Shown piece after piece: positions 17,083 through 28,281 of a DNA stretch of 48,166 nucleotides (the stretch's first letter is position 1; each line of letters starts with the position of its first letter). Origin of the DNA: Planctomycetaceae bacterium (lineage in GTDB: Bacteria; Planctomycetota; Planctomycetia; Pirellulales; UBA1268); NCBI GenBank assembly GCA_005773625.1, contig SXHR01000117.1:1-48166 (forward strand), in the 5' to 3' direction. The notes beneath the pieces were generated by a model, which saw only the letters and a list, made by a program, of their open reading frames with translations, did not search any database and had not been told where the DNA came from. A program made the position numbers and the translations under genes.

Positions 17083-18274
17083 TCAGCCAGGCGGCCGGCG
17101 TGCGGACCCGCGGCCGCACCTCGCCCGTGACCAGCGCATGGCCGCCGTCCCAGGGCACGATCGTCGTCGCGAGCTGACAGGTCGGCGAATCGCCCGCGAC
17201 GCTCCAGGCATCGGCCCCGGCGTCGTGCACCAAACACCCGCGGGGAAACCCGGGGTGCTCATCCTTGAGCGTGCTGGTCTGGCTGAAGAGCCGTCCGTCG
17301 TCACCTGAGAGGACCGCGATCCGCGCTCCCGGGAGCGGCACGGCGGTGCCCGCCATCCGCGGCGCCGGCATGTCGGCCAGCCGCTTCCAGCCCGCTGCCG
17401 TCAGGCCTCGGCCGGCCGCCTCCCAGACCGCCGGATCAAACTCATGGGCATCGCAAAGCGGCTCGATCGCCGCGTCGCCGTTGGCCTGGTCGGGCCGGCG
17501 GCCGCTCAACACGCACAGCCGCGGGCCGGTCTGCGCCGCTCGCGAGACCACCACCGGGGCCGTCCGCGGGCCGCCCGGCACATCGGGCAGTCGTTCCCAT
17601 TTCGGGCCCCGCGGCCCATCGGCAGCCGGGTCGAAGCCGGTGAGATCGAGCCGATAGACGGTCGCGTCGGCCGTCAGGCGATTCGCCCCATGCTGGCCGC
17701 ATGCGACGTAGACGGTGGAGCCGATCGCGGCGGCTCCGCCGAAACACCTGGGCTCCGGCAGCGCGGGGAGCGGATGACGCTCGAGCCGCCGCAGCGCAGG
17801 ATTCCACGCCAGGAGCGTGACCGTGTCGAAGACTTCGCTGCCATCCTCACCGCCGATCATGACGACGCCGAGCGGCGTGCTTGCCGTCGCCCCATATCCC
17901 ATCGGGCGTGACAGGGGCGGCTGGGCGATCCACTCGTGGCCCCCCTGGTCGTCGGTCGTCAGCACCCAGACGGCGGCGTGCCAGATCTTGATCGCCGTCC
18001 AGCGGTCGCCCCCGCCGGGTGTGGGGAAGTTCGCGCCCCCCGCGACGACCAGCGCTCCCTTGTGGGTGCCGACGTAGCAACCGGCGACGCCGAGCGGGTC
18101 GGGGAGATCGGGCAGCCGACGCCATTCCAGGCGGCCGCCGGGCACCGTGGTGGATGCGTTTTGCATCGTGCTGCTTCCTTCCCGGCTGATCGGAGTGGCA
18201 GGCGCCGCCGCCCGGGCCGACGAGGCGGCAAGCGCGATGGCGAGCACGGCTGCCAGGGCCGGGCCGGTTGTCAT
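17036..18274 (-). CDS. Kelch-repeat protein, NanM / cyclically permuted mutarotase-like, secreted
   Basis: Signal peptide [22 protein letters not shown]. '[31 protein letters not shown]' plus repeated 'G...V.V.GG' Kelch blades. Cluster context with nanA and sialidases. Confidence 0.6.
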   Translation of the reverse strand: MTTGPALAAVLAIALAASSARAAAPATPISREGSSTMQNASTTVPGGRLEWRRLPDLPDPLGVAGCYVGTHKGALVVAGGANFPTPGGGDRWTAIKIWHAAVWVLTTDDQGGHEWIAQPPLSRPMGYGATASTPLGVVMIGGEDGSEVFDTVTLLAWNPALRRLERHPLPALPEPRCFGGAAAIGSTVYVACGQHGANRLTADATVYRLDLTGFDPAADGPRGPKWERLPDVPGGPRTAPVVVSRAAQTGPRLCVLSGRRPDQANGDAAIEPLCDAHEFDPAVWEAAGRGLTAAGWKRLADMPAPRMAGTAVPLPGARIAVLSGDDGRLFSQTSTLKDEHPGFPRGCLVHDAGADAWSVAGDSPTCQLATTIVPWDGGHALVTGEVRPRVRTPAAWLITPLEDGSQAPPRPR

Positions 18275-18361
18275 GGGAGTTCCTTCCGAGCGGATCGCGA
18301 CATCGCGACGCCCAACAGCGTATCATCCGCCACGGCAGGCACTCCCCGGAGACCCACGATC

Positions 18362-19510
18362 ATGCCACGTTTTGCCACGGTGCTCTGGCTGCTCGCCGCC
18401 CTTGTCGTCGGGAGAACGGCCGCGGCCGCCGCCGTTGATCAGCCCGCGGCGGCGACCGTGTTCACCAGCGGCGAGGGGGGCTACAGCACGTACCGGATTC
18501 CGGCGGTCACGGTCACCGGGAAGGGCACCGTGCTGGCATTCGCCGAGGGGCGGAAGCATGGCGGGGGCGATTCCGGAAAGATCGATCTGGTGCTGAAACG
18601 ATCCACGGACGGCGGGGACAGCTGGAGCGATCTGCAGGTCGTCTGGGCCGACGGCGACAACACCTGCGGCAATCCCTCCCCGGTCGTCGATCGCGACACG
18701 GGCGTGATCTGGCTGCCGATGACCTGGAACCGGGGCGACGATCGGGAGGCCGAAATCATCGCGGGCAAGAGCACGGACACGCGGCGGGTGTTCGTCACCT
18801 GCTCGCGGGACGACGGCCTGACGTGGGACGAGCCGCGTGAAGTGACCTCCACGACCAAACGGGAGGGCTGGAGATGGTATGCCACGGGTCCGGGCAGCGG
18901 CATTCAGCTCGAACATGGCCCGCATGCGGGCCGGATGCTGGTGGCGTGCGACCACAGCCGGGCCGGCGACGGCCGCTTCGGTTCCCACGCCATCGTCTCG
19001 GACGATCACGGCGAGACCTGGATGCTCGCCGGGATCGTGCCGGGGCCCGACGTCAATGAATGCACCGCCGCCGAACTGACGAAGGGGGCGGTGCTGATCA
19101 ACATGCGAAACTACGACAAGTCGAGGAAGGCCCGGCAGGTGGCCGTGAGCGACGACGGGGGGACGACGTGGCGCGACCAGCGGTTTGCGGAGGCGCTGGT
19201 CGAGCCGATCTGCCAGGCGGCGATCGAGCGGTGCCGCTGGCCCGGGGAGGGAAAGCCGGGCGTGCTGCTGTTCAGCAATCCCGCCAGCACGTCGAAGCGG
19301 GAGCGGATGACGATCCGGGCGAGCTTCGACGATGGGAACACCTGGCCGGGGGAGCTGCTGATCCACGCCGGCCCCGCCGCCTATTCCGATCTCGCGATCC
19401 TCGCGGACGGCCGGGTCGCCTGCCTCTACGAGGCCGGCGCCCGCAAGCCGTACGAGACGATCCGGCTCACGCGGATTCCGCTTGAGGCCGTGACCGGAAC
19501 ATCCCGCTGA
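18362..19510 (+). CDS. exo-alpha-sialidase (GH33), secreted, second copy
   Basis: '[10 protein letters not shown]' RIP motif. Asp-boxes 'STDGGDSW', 'SRDDGLTW', 'SDDHGETW', 'SDDGGTTW', 'FDDGNTW'. Signal peptide [17 protein letters not shown] from the ATG at 18362. Confidence 0.9.
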   Translation: MPRFATVLWLLAALVVGRTAAAAAVDQPAAATVFTSGEGGYSTYRIPAVTVTGKGTVLAFAEGRKHGGGDSGKIDLVLKRSTDGGDSWSDLQVVWADGDNTCGNPSPVVDRDTGVIWLPMTWNRGDDREAEIIAGKSTDTRRVFVTCSRDDGLTWDEPREVTSTTKREGWRWYATGPGSGIQLEHGPHAGRMLVACDHSRAGDGRFGSHAIVSDDHGETWMLAGIVPGPDVNECTAAELTKGAVLINMRNYDKSRKARQVAVSDDGGTTWRDQRFAEALVEPICQAAIERCRWPGEGKPGVLLFSNPASTSKRERMTIRASFDDGNTWPGELLIHAGPAAYSDLAILADGRVACLYEAGARKPYETIRLTRIPLEAVTGTSR

Positions 19511-19676
19511 ATGATCACGCCTTTGGGAGGGTCGCTCCTGCCGCCGGGGCCGGACGTCGGCGGCGAAGCCGACCTCCCGCCCCTGTGGCGCCTGCCGCGG
19601 GCACGGTAGGATTGCGGCCGCTGCGACGTTCCGACGCAAACCTCCCCCCGCCCGCGCGAGCCCGCCACCAACTCCC

Positions 19677-22600
19677 ATGTTCGACCCCGTCCGCGGCCAA
19701 CCCGACGTCCCCGCTCTCGAAGCCTCGATCGCCGCCTGGTGGCGGGAGCGCGGCACGTATGAACAGTCGCTCGAACGCCGCCGCGGAGCCCCACGGTTCG
19801 TCTTCTTCGAAGGTCCGCCGACCGCCAATGGGATGCCGCACCCCGGCCACTGCCTGACGCGGACGATCAAGGACCTCTATCCCCGGTATCGCACGATGCG
19901 GGGGCAGTATTGCGAGCGGAAGGCCGGCTGGGACACGCACGGCCTCCCCGTCGAAGTCGAGGTCTGCAAGGAGCTCGGCATCCATTCGAAGGCCGAGATC
20001 GAGGCCTACGGCGTCGAGCCCTTCATCCACAAATGCCAGGAGAGCGTCTGGCGCTACATGAAGGAGTGGGAAACGCTCACCGAGCGGATCGGCTTCTGGA
20101 TCGACCTCTCCAAGGCCTACGTCACCTACCATCAATCCTATGTCGAGAGCGTGTGGTGGGCGCTCGCCGAGCTCTTCGACAAGGGGCTGCTCTATCAGGG
20201 GCACAAGATCGTCTGGTGGTGGGCCCAGGGGGGCACCGCGCTCTCCAGCGGCGAGGTGGGCCAGGGCTACAAGGAGGTCGCGGACCCGAGCGTCTACGTG
20301 GCCTTCCCCCTGCTCGACGCCGCCGGTGCGGCGACCAACCGCAGCCTCGTCGCCTGGACGACCACTCCCTGGACGCTGCCCGCCAACCAGTTCGCCGCGG
20401 TGAAGGCCGATCTCGGGTATGTCGTGCTGCGTGAAAGCGGCGTCGCCGCAGCCCCGGAATACATCGTGGCCGAGCCGCTCGCCGCCGGCCTCGGCGAGAA
20501 GCTCAAGAAGGAGTTCGAGGTCGTCGAGCGGCTCCCTGGCTCCACGCTCGTCGGCCTCTCCTATCTGCCCCCATTCGACACGTTTCGTCCGGCCGGCCCC
20601 CCGGCCACCGCGCCGCTCGCCGCGGGCGGCACGGAAGCGGTCGCCTGGCGGGTGGTCGCCGCCGACTTCGTGACCACCGACTCGGGCACCGGCATCGTCC
20701 ACATCGCGCCCGCCTTTGGCGAGGTGGACTACACCGTCCTCGTCGCGGAACAGGGACGGTTTGCCCCCGGACTCGGCCCGGCGCTCCTCAACCCCGTCGC
20801 CCCCGACGGCACGTTCACCGACGTCTTCGGGATGGGCAGCGGCCGGTTCGTGAAGGACTGCGACCGCGACATCACCCGCGATCTCCGCGGCCGCGGCCTG
20901 CTCGTCCACCAGGAGCAGTACGTCCACGATTATCCCTTCTGCTGGCGGGCCGACGCCGATCCGCTCATCCAATACCCGCGACAGAGCTGGTTCATCCGCA
21001 CCAGCCAGTTCCGCGGGCAGATGCTCGCCAACAACGCCCATATCGACTGGCTGCCGGAGCACATCAAGGACGGCCGGTTCGGCAACTTTCTCGAGACCAA
21101 CGTCGACTGGGCGCTGTCGCGGGAGCGGTACTGGGGCACGCCGCTGCCAATCTGGGTGTGCGAGGAGACCGGCAGGGCGGAAGCCGTCCGCTCCCATGCC
21201 GACCTGCTCGCCAAGCCGGGCGTGCAGGGGGCCGACGTGTTTGCGAAGGCCAAGGCGGCCAATCCCGATCTCTCCGACGACCTCAAGGTCCACAAGCCCT
21301 ACATCGACGCGGTCAGCTACGACTCGCCGTTCGCGCCGGGGGCGAGGATGCGGCGGGTGACGGAGGTGATCGACTGCTGGTTCGACTCCGGCGCGATGCC
21401 TTTTGCCCAGTGGGGCTGGCCGCATCGCGGGCAGGCCGAGTTCGAGGCCCAGTTCCCGGCCGATTTCATTTCGGAGGCGATCGATCAGACGCGGGGCTGG
21501 TTCTACAGCCAGGTCGCGATCAGCACGCTCCTGTTCGGAGACGACGCGGGCGCCGCGGCGCGACCCGCGCCGCACCCCTTCAAAACCTGCATCGTCCTCG
21601 GTCACATGCTCGGCGAAGACGGCCAGAAGATGAGCAAGAGCAAGCGGAACTACCGCGAGCCCGCCGAGATCTTCGACAAGTTCGGCGCCGACGCGCTCCG
21701 CTGGTTTTTCCTCGCCGGCCAGGCCCCCTGGACGAGCATTCGCTACAGCGAACGGGCCATCAAGGAGAGCATCCCCGAGTTTCTCCTGCGGCTCTGGAAC
21801 GTCTACTCCTTCTTCGTGATCTACGCGCGGATCGACGGCTTCGATCCCGGTGCGGCACTCGAGGAGCCCGGCATGCTCGACCATGCCGATCTGGCGGCGG
21901 CCCGGGGGGCGAGGCCGGTCTCCGAGCGGTGCGAACTCGACCGCTGGATGCTCTCCGAGCTCAACGCCGTCGCCGCCGCGATGACGGCGAAGATGGACGC
22001 GTACGACCACTTCGGCGCCGCCCAGCAGCTCACCGGGCTCGTCGACGCCGTGAGCAACTGGTTCGTGCGTCGCAGCCGCGACCGCTTCTGGGCGGCGGGC
22101 AGGGCCGATGGCGGTCCGGAGACGAACCAGGCGAAACTCGACGCCTACTGGACGCTCTACGAGACGCTCGTGACGATCACCAAGCTCGCCGCGCCGTTCG
22201 TGCCGTTCACGACCGAGGCGATCTGGCGGAATCTTGCCGGCGCGGCCTGCGGAGGCCGTGCCCCGGAGAGCGTGCATCTCACCGACTATCCCGCCGGCGA
22301 CGCCCGGCTCGTCGATCAGGATCTGATCCGGCGGATGGCGGTGGTTCGCGACGTGGCCTCGCTGGGCCGGGCGGCCCGGGCCGCCGAGAAGCTCAAGGTG
22401 CGTCAGCCCCTGCAGAAGGTGGAGGTGATCCTCTCCGATTCGCGGCCCGACGACGCCGCCTGGCTCGGGGCCCATGCCGATCTCGTCTGCGACGAGCTCA
22501 ATGTCAAGCAGTTCGAGGTCTGCGGCCAGCCCGATCGCTACATCACGCGATCCATCCTTCCCGACCTCAAGAAGCTCGGTCCCAAGCTCGGCAAGGATCT

Positions 22601-23123
22601 GCCGAAGGCCCGCGACGCGCTGGCCAAGGCCGACGCCGCGGCCCTGCTTGCCGCGCTGACCCGTGACGGCCGCGCGGAGATTCCCCTCGCCGGCGGCGGC
22701 ACGGCCGTGGTGGATCAGGACGACGTGCTCGTGCGGACGACGGCGAAGCCCGGCTGGGCCGCGGCCGAGGGGCCCCGCGCGGTGGTCGTGATCGCGAAGG
22801 AACTCACGCCCGAACTCGTGGCGGAGGGCCTTGTCCGCGAGGTCGTCCATGTGATCCAGACGCAGCGGAAGGTGCTCGACCTCGAGTTCACCGATCGCAT
22901 CGACCTCGTCTTCGCGACGGAGTCGGCCGAACTGCGGGCGGCGCTCGAGCGGCACCGCGACTTCGTCGCCGGCGAAACGCTCGCCGCGTCGCTGCACTTC
23001 GGCACCCCCCCCTCCGACTCCGAGCCCCACGACATCGACGGCCACCCCCTGGCCATCTCCCTCACCAAAAAGGTGCCCGACACCGACTCCGGGAAACCCG
23101 TTCCCATCCCCGGATTCCGCTGA
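19677..23123 (+). CDS. ileS: isoleucine--tRNA ligase
   Basis: 1148 aa. HIGH-type motif '[15 protein letters not shown]', 'KMSKSKRN', class I editing-domain-sized insertion. Starts MFDPV.... Confidence 0.95.
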   Translation: MFDPVRGQPDVPALEASIAAWWRERGTYEQSLERRRGAPRFVFFEGPPTANGMPHPGHCLTRTIKDLYPRYRTMRGQYCERKAGWDTHGLPVEVEVCKELGIHSKAEIEAYGVEPFIHKCQESVWRYMKEWETLTERIGFWIDLSKAYVTYHQSYVESVWWALAELFDKGLLYQGHKIVWWWAQGGTALSSGEVGQGYKEVADPSVYVAFPLLDAAGAATNRSLVAWTTTPWTLPANQFAAVKADLGYVVLRESGVAAAPEYIVAEPLAAGLGEKLKKEFEVVERLPGSTLVGLSYLPPFDTFRPAGPPATAPLAAGGTEAVAWRVVAADFVTTDSGTGIVHIAPAFGEVDYTVLVAEQGRFAPGLGPALLNPVAPDGTFTDVFGMGSGRFVKDCDRDITRDLRGRGLLVHQEQYVHDYPFCWRADADPLIQYPRQSWFIRTSQFRGQMLANNAHIDWLPEHIKDGRFGNFLETNVDWALSRERYWGTPLPIWVCEETGRAEAVRSHADLLAKPGVQGADVFAKAKAANPDLSDDLKVHKPYIDAVSYDSPFAPGARMRRVTEVIDCWFDSGAMPFAQWGWPHRGQAEFEAQFPADFISEAIDQTRGWFYSQVAISTLLFGDDAGAAARPAPHPFKTCIVLGHMLGEDGQKMSKSKRNYREPAEIFDKFGADALRWFFLAGQAPWTSIRYSERAIKESIPEFLLRLWNVYSFFVIYARIDGFDPGAALEEPGMLDHADLAAARGARPVSERCELDRWMLSELNAVAAAMTAKMDAYDHFGAAQQLTGLVDAVSNWFVRRSRDRFWAAGRADGGPETNQAKLDAYWTLYETLVTITKLAAPFVPFTTEAIWRNLAGAACGGRAPESVHLTDYPAGDARLVDQDLIRRMAVVRDVASLGRAARAAEKLKVRQPLQKVEVILSDSRPDDAAWLGAHADLVCDELNVKQFEVCGQPDRYITRSILPDLKKLGPKLGKDLPKARDALAKADAAALLAALTRDGRAEIPLAGGGTAVVDQDDVLVRTTAKPGWAAAEGPRAVVVIAKELTPELVAEGLVREVVHVIQTQRKVLDLEFTDRIDLVFATESAELRAALERHRDFVAGETLAASLHFGTPPSDSEPHDIDGHPLAISLTKKVPDTDSGKPVPIPGFR

Positions 23124-23133
23124 AGATCTTCTC

Positions 23134-23721
23134 ATGAACACCCTGCGAATCGCCGTGCTGCTGTCCGGCTCGGGCCGGACGCTGGAGAATCTGCTGGACC
23201 GGATCGCGGCCGGCCGGCTCGCGGCGACCGTGGTGACGGTCGTGTCGAGTCGGGCCGATGTCCGCGGCGTGCGGATCGCCGAGACCGCGCGGATCCCGGT
23301 GCAGGTCCTCGCCCCGGCCGGGCGACCGCTCGCCGCGTGGAGCGACGACATCTTCGCCGCGTGTCGCGCGGCGAAGCCCGACCTGGTCGTGATGGCGGGA
23401 TTCCTGCATCTCGTCGAAATCCCCCCCGACTTCGCCGGCCGCGTCATCAATATCCATCCCTCGCTGCTGCCCGCCTTCGGGGGCAAGGGGTTTCACGGCA
23501 TGCACGTTCACAAGGCGGTCATCGACCGGGGCTGCACCGTGTCGGGATGCACGGTGCATCTCGTGGACGGTGAATACGACCACGGCCGGATTCTCCTGCA
23601 GAAGACCGTGCCGGTGCTGCCCGGCGACACGCCCGATGCGCTGGCCGCGCGGGTGTTTGCGGCCGAATGTGACGCTCTTCCGGAGGCGATCAACCGGTTC
23701 GCCTCCGGGTCCCTGCCCTGA
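23134..23721 (+). CDS. purN: phosphoribosylglycinamide formyltransferase
   Basis: 'IAVLLSGSGRTLENLL', 'DLVVMAGFLHLV', 'INIHPSLLPAFGG', 'GCTVHLVDGEYDHGRILLQ'. Confidence 0.9.
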   Translation: MNTLRIAVLLSGSGRTLENLLDRIAAGRLAATVVTVVSSRADVRGVRIAETARIPVQVLAPAGRPLAAWSDDIFAACRAAKPDLVVMAGFLHLVEIPPDFAGRVINIHPSLLPAFGGKGFHGMHVHKAVIDRGCTVSGCTVHLVDGEYDHGRILLQKTVPVLPGDTPDALAARVFAAECDALPEAINRFASGSLP

Positions 23722-23747
23722 CCACCACGTCTTCAAGGAGGTCCCTC

Positions 23748-24269
23748 ATGCATCGCTCCCTCGGCAACGTGATCGCCGACACGCTCACCCTCTCGCTCGG
23801 CTACGCCGAACGCCTGCTCAAAGGCGTGCCGGCGGACCGATTCCCCCGCTTCGCCGCCCCGGGGGGCGTCGTGATCGATTCGAATCACCCGGCCTTCATC
23901 TACGGCCACCTCAGCCTCTACGCACCGAAGATCCTCCGGCTGATCGGCCATCCCGCGCCGGCGATCCCCGAGGGTTTCGAGCTGCGGTTTTCGAAGGACG
24001 CGAAATGCGTGGATGACGCCGACTGCGATCTCTACCCCGGCCGGGACGAGGTCGTCGCCTTCTTTCTGGAGGGTCACCGGATGGTCACGGCGGCGCTGCG
24101 CAGCACCGAGGACGCGGCGTTCGACCAGCCGAATCCGGCCGAGGGACGAATGAAGGAACTCTTCCCCACGGTCGGGTCGGCACAGACCTTCTACTGCGGC
24201 GGCCACCTGATGATGCACCTCGGCCAGATGAGCGCGTGGCGCCGCATGGAGGGTCTCGGCGTGGCCTGA
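23748..24269 (+). CDS. DinB-family protein
   Basis: Four-helix-bundle-sized protein (173 aa) ending in 'GGHLMMHLGQMSAWRRMEG', typical of DinB/YfiT-like proteins. Confidence 0.65.
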   Translation: MHRSLGNVIADTLTLSLGYAERLLKGVPADRFPRFAAPGGVVIDSNHPAFIYGHLSLYAPKILRLIGHPAPAIPEGFELRFSKDAKCVDDADCDLYPGRDEVVAFFLEGHRMVTAALRSTEDAAFDQPNPAEGRMKELFPTVGSAQTFYCGGHLMMHLGQMSAWRRMEGLGVA

Positions 24270-24350
24270 CGCCTCCGGGATCGCGTACACTTCAGGCCCC
24301 CGCCGCCCGCGGGGCCGGGCCTTTCCCTTCTTTCCGCAGGAGTCCTCGTC

Positions 24351-24896
24351 ATGAACCACGCCCAGGTCGGACCGATCTCCCAGCTCAAGTCGGGCCTGCT
24401 CTGGCTCGGGGGCACGCTGGCCATCCTCGGCATCCTGGCGATTGCCGCGCCCTGGGCCGCGTCCACCGTGGTGGACTACATGGTCGGCGGCTCGCTGATC
24501 GCGGCCGGGGTGACCCAGCTCGGCATGACGGCCAGCACGCTCACCTGGCGGGGTTTCTGGTTGACGCTGGCCTGCGGGGCGCTCTCCCTCGTCGCGGGCA
24601 CCGCGATGCTCGCGATCCCGGTGGAAGGCGTTCACGCGATGGCGACGTTTCTGGGATTGGTGCTGCTGTTCGAGGCCGCCGCGAAACTGACGGCGGCGTT
24701 CTCGGTGCAGCGGGATTTCCCCTGGGGATGGATCCTGGCCGACGGGCTGCTCACCGCCGTGCTCGGCGGCATCCTGCTCACGAGCCCGACACAACAGACC
24801 GGTCTCTACCTCGGCATGTTGATCGGCATCAACCTGCTTTCGAGCGGCCTGTCCTTCCTCGCCTCGGGCCTGTGGATCAAACGCGAACTCGGCTGA
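24351..24896 (+). CDS. HdeD/DUF308-family membrane protein
   Basis: 181 aa, six hydrophobic segments with repeated G/A-rich helix pairs ('LGILAIAAPW', 'GGSLIAAGVTQL', 'ALSLVAGTAMLA', 'LTAVLGGILL'). Confidence 0.6.
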   Translation: MNHAQVGPISQLKSGLLWLGGTLAILGILAIAAPWAASTVVDYMVGGSLIAAGVTQLGMTASTLTWRGFWLTLACGALSLVAGTAMLAIPVEGVHAMATFLGLVLLFEAAAKLTAAFSVQRDFPWGWILADGLLTAVLGGILLTSPTQQTGLYLGMLIGINLLSSGLSFLASGLWIKRELG

Positions 24897-24918
24897 GCGG
24901 CCCGTGCGGCGGAGCGGA

Positions 24919-25455
24919 TCATCCGGCCCGGTCTTCCCCGCTCCCATCCTGCCGCGGGCCCGTCGCAGGAGCGTCGGGCGGCGACAGATCGCGGAAGCTC
25001 CGCAGCATCATGCCAATGCCCGCCGCGATCATGCCCAGCATGAGGAGCAGGTTGCTCGTCCGCATGTCCATGTGAAACTGAATGCGGCTGAGGATTTCGA
25101 TCACGATCACCGCCAAGCCGACGTAGAAGAGCGCCCAGCCCCACTTCAGCCGCGCGTCGTAGAACAGCAGCACGAGCCCTAGGAAGACGGGGGCGAAAAC
25201 GATCCCGGTGCTCATCGCGGCCTGACCGCCGCCGAACACGCCACGGCTGAACATCCCCGAGACCATTCCGAAGGGGTTGGTCATCACGTGGACGTTGCTC
25301 AGGAAAAACCACAGCCCGGCGGCCGCCAGCACGAGTCCGGTGAAGAACAGCCAGGTGCCCCCCGGCGTGCCGCCGGCACCCCGGACGAGCTCCTCGTGGA
25401 TCGACCGAACGTTGTCGATGTCCTTCTCGAACTGCCGCCGCGATGAATCCGCCAT
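24919..25455 (-). CDS. hypothetical four-TM membrane protein
   Basis: From the ATG at 25455 (MADSSRRQFEKDIDNV...). Hydrophobic segments 'WLFFTGLVLAAAGLWFFL', 'IVFAPVFLGLVLLF', 'WALFYVGLAVIVIEIL', 'LLLMLGMIAAGIGMML'. Confidence 0.5.
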   Translation of the reverse strand: MADSSRRQFEKDIDNVRSIHEELVRGAGGTPGGTWLFFTGLVLAAAGLWFFLSNVHVMTNPFGMVSGMFSRGVFGGGQAAMSTGIVFAPVFLGLVLLFYDARLKWGWALFYVGLAVIVIEILSRIQFHMDMRTSNLLLMLGMIAAGIGMMLRSFRDLSPPDAPATGPRQDGSGEDRAG

Positions 25456-25529
25456 GATGGCTCCCCTGTACCGAGTTCGTCCCGTGGCGGACCGTGCCCG
25501 CCGGCGGATCACCGCCCGCCGTCAGCATA

Positions 25530-26030
25530 TCAATCCTGCCGCCTGCATCTGCCGTCGAGACTTCGCCAAAACGCCTCGGCATCGGCCCAGCTTTCCCGCG
25601 TCTCCACGTGGACCACCGCGGCCCCCGCGTGGCGTGCCTGCGTGAGAGCGTGGTGGACCAACGCCGTGGCCACCCCGCGGCGGCGGGCGACCGGAGAAAC
25701 GACGAGCCAGCCGATCGAAAACCGCCTCGATTCCCCCGATCCGGCAACCGTCAGCGTGACCATTCCGGCCGGCTGGACGCCGTCGATCCGGGCGAGCGAT
25801 ACCAACACGTCGCGGCCCGGCCGCGGCGAGCACTCGCCGAGGAGCCCCGCCGCGTTCAGGCCCGCCGCCATGCCCCCCCGGCTGTCCCGGCAGTCATCGA
25901 CGAGAGCCCGGATCGCCGCGGCATCCCGGCCGGCGTCGAACGAATCGATCGCGATCCCAGCCGGACCGGCCCCGCGGTCAGGGCAGGCCAGCGGGCCAAC
26001 GACGTCGAAGGTGTAGCGAACAACGCTCAT
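25530..26030 (-). CDS. GNAT-family N-acetyltransferase
   Basis: 'IGWLVVSPVARRRGVATALVHHAL' is the acetyl-CoA binding R/Q-x-x-G-x-G/A segment. ATG at 26030, with a GTG one codon upstream. Confidence 0.7.
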   Translation of the reverse strand: MSVVRYTFDVVGPLACPDRGAGPAGIAIDSFDAGRDAAAIRALVDDCRDSRGGMAAGLNAAGLLGECSPRPGRDVLVSLARIDGVQPAGMVTLTVAGSGESRRFSIGWLVVSPVARRRGVATALVHHALTQARHAGAAVVHVETRESWADAEAFWRSLDGRCRRQD

Positions 26031-26033
26031 CAC

Positions 26034-26158
26034 AGGCCGATTTCAGCAAAAAAACGCTCGAAAACCAAAAACTCGCTTTTTTTGACGTTTGCTGACTCTT
26101 TGATGATCGTTTTCTGGCTTTTTATGCCGCAAAATGGCTGTTTTCACTTACTGCTTGC
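26034..26158. promoter_or_regulatory. AT-rich divergent intergenic region (probable promoter/operator region of the microcompartment locus)
   Basis: Only strongly AT-rich stretch in the central window, with A7/T7 runs: 'GCAAAAAAACGCTCGAAAACCAAAAACTCGCTTTTTTTGACGTTTGCTGAC'. A TTGACG hexamer is present. Lies between the GNAT (minus) and DeoR (plus) genes. Confidence 0.35.
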
Positions 26159-27043
26159 GTGAACGGCGACCTAAACCTATCATCGAATGTGCATCACGCT
26201 GACGGATCGAAGAGAGAAAACGTGCAGAATCACGATCGTCGTGGCCGCTTGCTCGACCTGATCCGCGTCCGCGGGTTCGCCGCTCTCGAGGAGTTGGTGC
26301 GGGAGCTCGGCGTTTCGGAATCGACGGTCCGGCGGGATCTCGACGCCCTGGAGGAACAGGGTTCTGCCCGGAGAACCCACGGCGGCGTGCTCTACGCCGG
26401 CGGCGTGCCACGACTGGCCGAGTTTGACGAGCGACAGCCGGCTCACTGGGCCGCCAAGCGGGCCATTGCGGCCAGGGCCGCCGCCATCATCGGCGACGGG
26501 GAGACCGTCCTGCTCGACGGCGGGACCACCACCTACGAGGTCGCACGACTGCTCGTGGGCCGGTCGCTGCAGGTCGTCACCAACAGCCTGCCGGTCGCGA
26601 ATCTCTTCGCGACCGAATCGCGGACCGACCTCGTGCTCCTCGGCGGCTACGTGTCACCGCGGACCGGCGTCTGCCTGGGCCCCTACGCCAACGAGCTGCT
26701 CGGCCGTCTCCATGTCACGACCACGGTGCTCTCGGCCGCCGGCATCGCCGAGGAGGGCCTGTTCAACGCCCACCTGCTCCTCGCCGAAACCGAACAGGCC
26801 ATGCTCAAGGCCGCCGGCCGGGTGATCGTCGTCGCCGACAGTTCGAAGTTCGGCCACAAAAGCCTGACCCTCGTCTCCGGACTCGATGCCATCGACGTCT
26901 TCGTCTCCGACGAGGGCCTCTCCGAAAGTTGGCGGCAGAAAATTGCCGCCGCCAAATCCGAAGTTATTGTCGCACAGATCCCCGCGGGCGACGACGTCCA
27001 GGGGGCCACCGGATCTCTCCCGACACGACGTCATCCCGCATGA
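26159..27043 (+). CDS. DeoR-family transcriptional regulator
   Basis: HTH '[29 protein letters not shown]' followed by a DeoR C-terminal sugar-phosphate sensor-like domain. Both candidate starts are GTG (26159 and 26222); 26222 ([11 protein letters not shown]...) gives the more typical N-terminus. Confidence 0.85.
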   Translation: MNGDLNLSSNVHHADGSKRENVQNHDRRGRLLDLIRVRGFAALEELVRELGVSESTVRRDLDALEEQGSARRTHGGVLYAGGVPRLAEFDERQPAHWAAKRAIAARAAAIIGDGETVLLDGGTTTYEVARLLVGRSLQVVTNSLPVANLFATESRTDLVLLGGYVSPRTGVCLGPYANELLGRLHVTTTVLSAAGIAEEGLFNAHLLLAETEQAMLKAAGRVIVVADSSKFGHKSLTLVSGLDAIDVFVSDEGLSESWRQKIAAAKSEVIVAQIPAGDDVQGATGSLPTRRHPA

Positions 27044-27759
27044 TCACCCCAACCATGACCGCTCCTGCCGCCGCATCCACGGGCCTCGATCGCTCTTCCG
27101 TCGAACGGATCGTGCGCGAGATCGTGCTCGCATCCGCCGGCATTCCCCCGTCGCAGGCCGCCGCGGCTGCACGGCAGGTCGAGCCGAAACTCGTGGTGAG
27201 CATCTCGGCCCGGCATTGCCACCTCACGGACGAACATGTCGAGAAGCTCTTCGGCCCCGGCCGGAAACTCACCCCCATGAAGGGCCTCTACCAGGACGGC
27301 TTCTACGCCGCCGAAGAGACCGTGATGCTCGTCGGGCCCAAGCGCAAGATGCTGCCGACGGTCCGCGTGCTCGGCCCCACCCGCAAGGCCTCCCAGGTGG
27401 AGCTCGCCTTCACCGACGGAATCTCCCTCGGCATCGACCTGCCCGTTCGGGCCAGCGGCAAGATCGCGGGCACCCCGGGATGCGTCCTGGTGGGCCCTGC
27501 CGGCGCGATCGAACTCGGCGAGGGCGTGATCCGTGCCGAGCGGCACGTCCACATGAGCTTTGCCGACGCCGAGCACTTCGGCGTCAAGGATGGCGATCGC
27601 ATGAGCCTGGCCATCAAGGGCTCCTGCGGCACCGTGTTTCGCGACCTGCTCGTGCGGGCCGATGCCACCAGCAAACTCGAGGTGCACATCGACACCGACG
27701 AGGGCAATGCCGCCGACCTCGACCACGCCGAGAGCGTGGAACTCGTGAGGCAGTCATGA
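27040..27759 (+). CDS. pduL: phosphate propanoyl/acyl-transferase PduL type, with N-terminal encapsulation-peptide-like helix
   Basis: Two PduL repeats, '[20 protein letters not shown]' and '[23 protein letters not shown]'. N-terminus '[17 protein letters not shown]' then an Ala/Pro linker. The ATG at 27040 overlaps the DeoR stop (ATGA). Confidence 0.9.
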   Translation: MITPTMTAPAAASTGLDRSSVERIVREIVLASAGIPPSQAAAAARQVEPKLVVSISARHCHLTDEHVEKLFGPGRKLTPMKGLYQDGFYAAEETVMLVGPKRKMLPTVRVLGPTRKASQVELAFTDGISLGIDLPVRASGKIAGTPGCVLVGPAGAIELGEGVIRAERHVHMSFADAEHFGVKDGDRMSLAIKGSCGTVFRDLLVRADATSKLEVHIDTDEGNAADLDHAESVELVRQS

Positions 27760-27911
27760 CCAAGAAACGAGCCGCCCGGGCGAAGTCGCCCCGGCCGCGG
27801 CGGACGCAGACGCGACAAGACAAGACCGTTCAGCCGGCGCGTGCCGGTGCGGTCGGCGGGGACGGCCCCGCCAAGGCTGGTTGGTTGTTCGAGACAGGAG
27901 CGGTGCAACAG

Positions 27912-28196
27912 ATGGCCAAGAACGTCGAAGCCCTCGGGATGATCGAGGTGAAGGGGTTCGTCACGCTCGTCGAAGCGGTTGACGCGATGATGAAGGCGGC
28001 GAACGTGACTTTCATGGGTTGGGACAAGATCGGCAGCGGGCTCGTCACGGCATTCGTGTCGGGTGACGTGGCCGCGGTGAAGGCGGCGACCGACGCGGGT
28101 GCGGCGGCCGGCGGCCGGATCGGCGAGGTCGTGAGCGTGCAGGTGATCGCGCGGCCGCACGAGGACCTGCAGGTCGTGCTGCCCGTGGGCGGCTGA
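27912..28196 (+). CDS. BMC-H shell protein (Pfam00936-type hexamer subunit); alternative start at 27756 would add a 52-aa basic extension
   Basis: '[27 protein letters not shown]...[23 protein letters not shown]...[11 protein letters not shown]'. AGGAG lies 11 nt upstream of the ATG at 27912. Confidence 0.9.
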   Translation: MAKNVEALGMIEVKGFVTLVEAVDAMMKAANVTFMGWDKIGSGLVTAFVSGDVAAVKAATDAGAAAGGRIGEVVSVQVIARPHEDLQVVLPVGG

Positions 28197-28281
28197 TCGT
28201 GATTCTGGATCGGGACCGGGTTTTTCACTTCGTTGATCAGTGTCATTTCTCTCAAAGTTTTCTCTCTCACAAGGACATCAG

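Noticed and set aside
19511-19676. Possible T-box or attenuator leader upstream of ileS
   Set aside because: No T-box-like conserved block or terminator/antiterminator pair was recognisable. T-box control is characteristic of Firmicutes rather than this kind of genome.
19515-23486. 1323-aa ORF on the minus strand
   Set aside because: It is exactly antisense to ileS, which has unambiguous HIGH/KMSKS motifs. The translation is Arg/Gly/Ala/Pro-rich low-complexity sequence, typical of shadow ORFs in GC-rich DNA.
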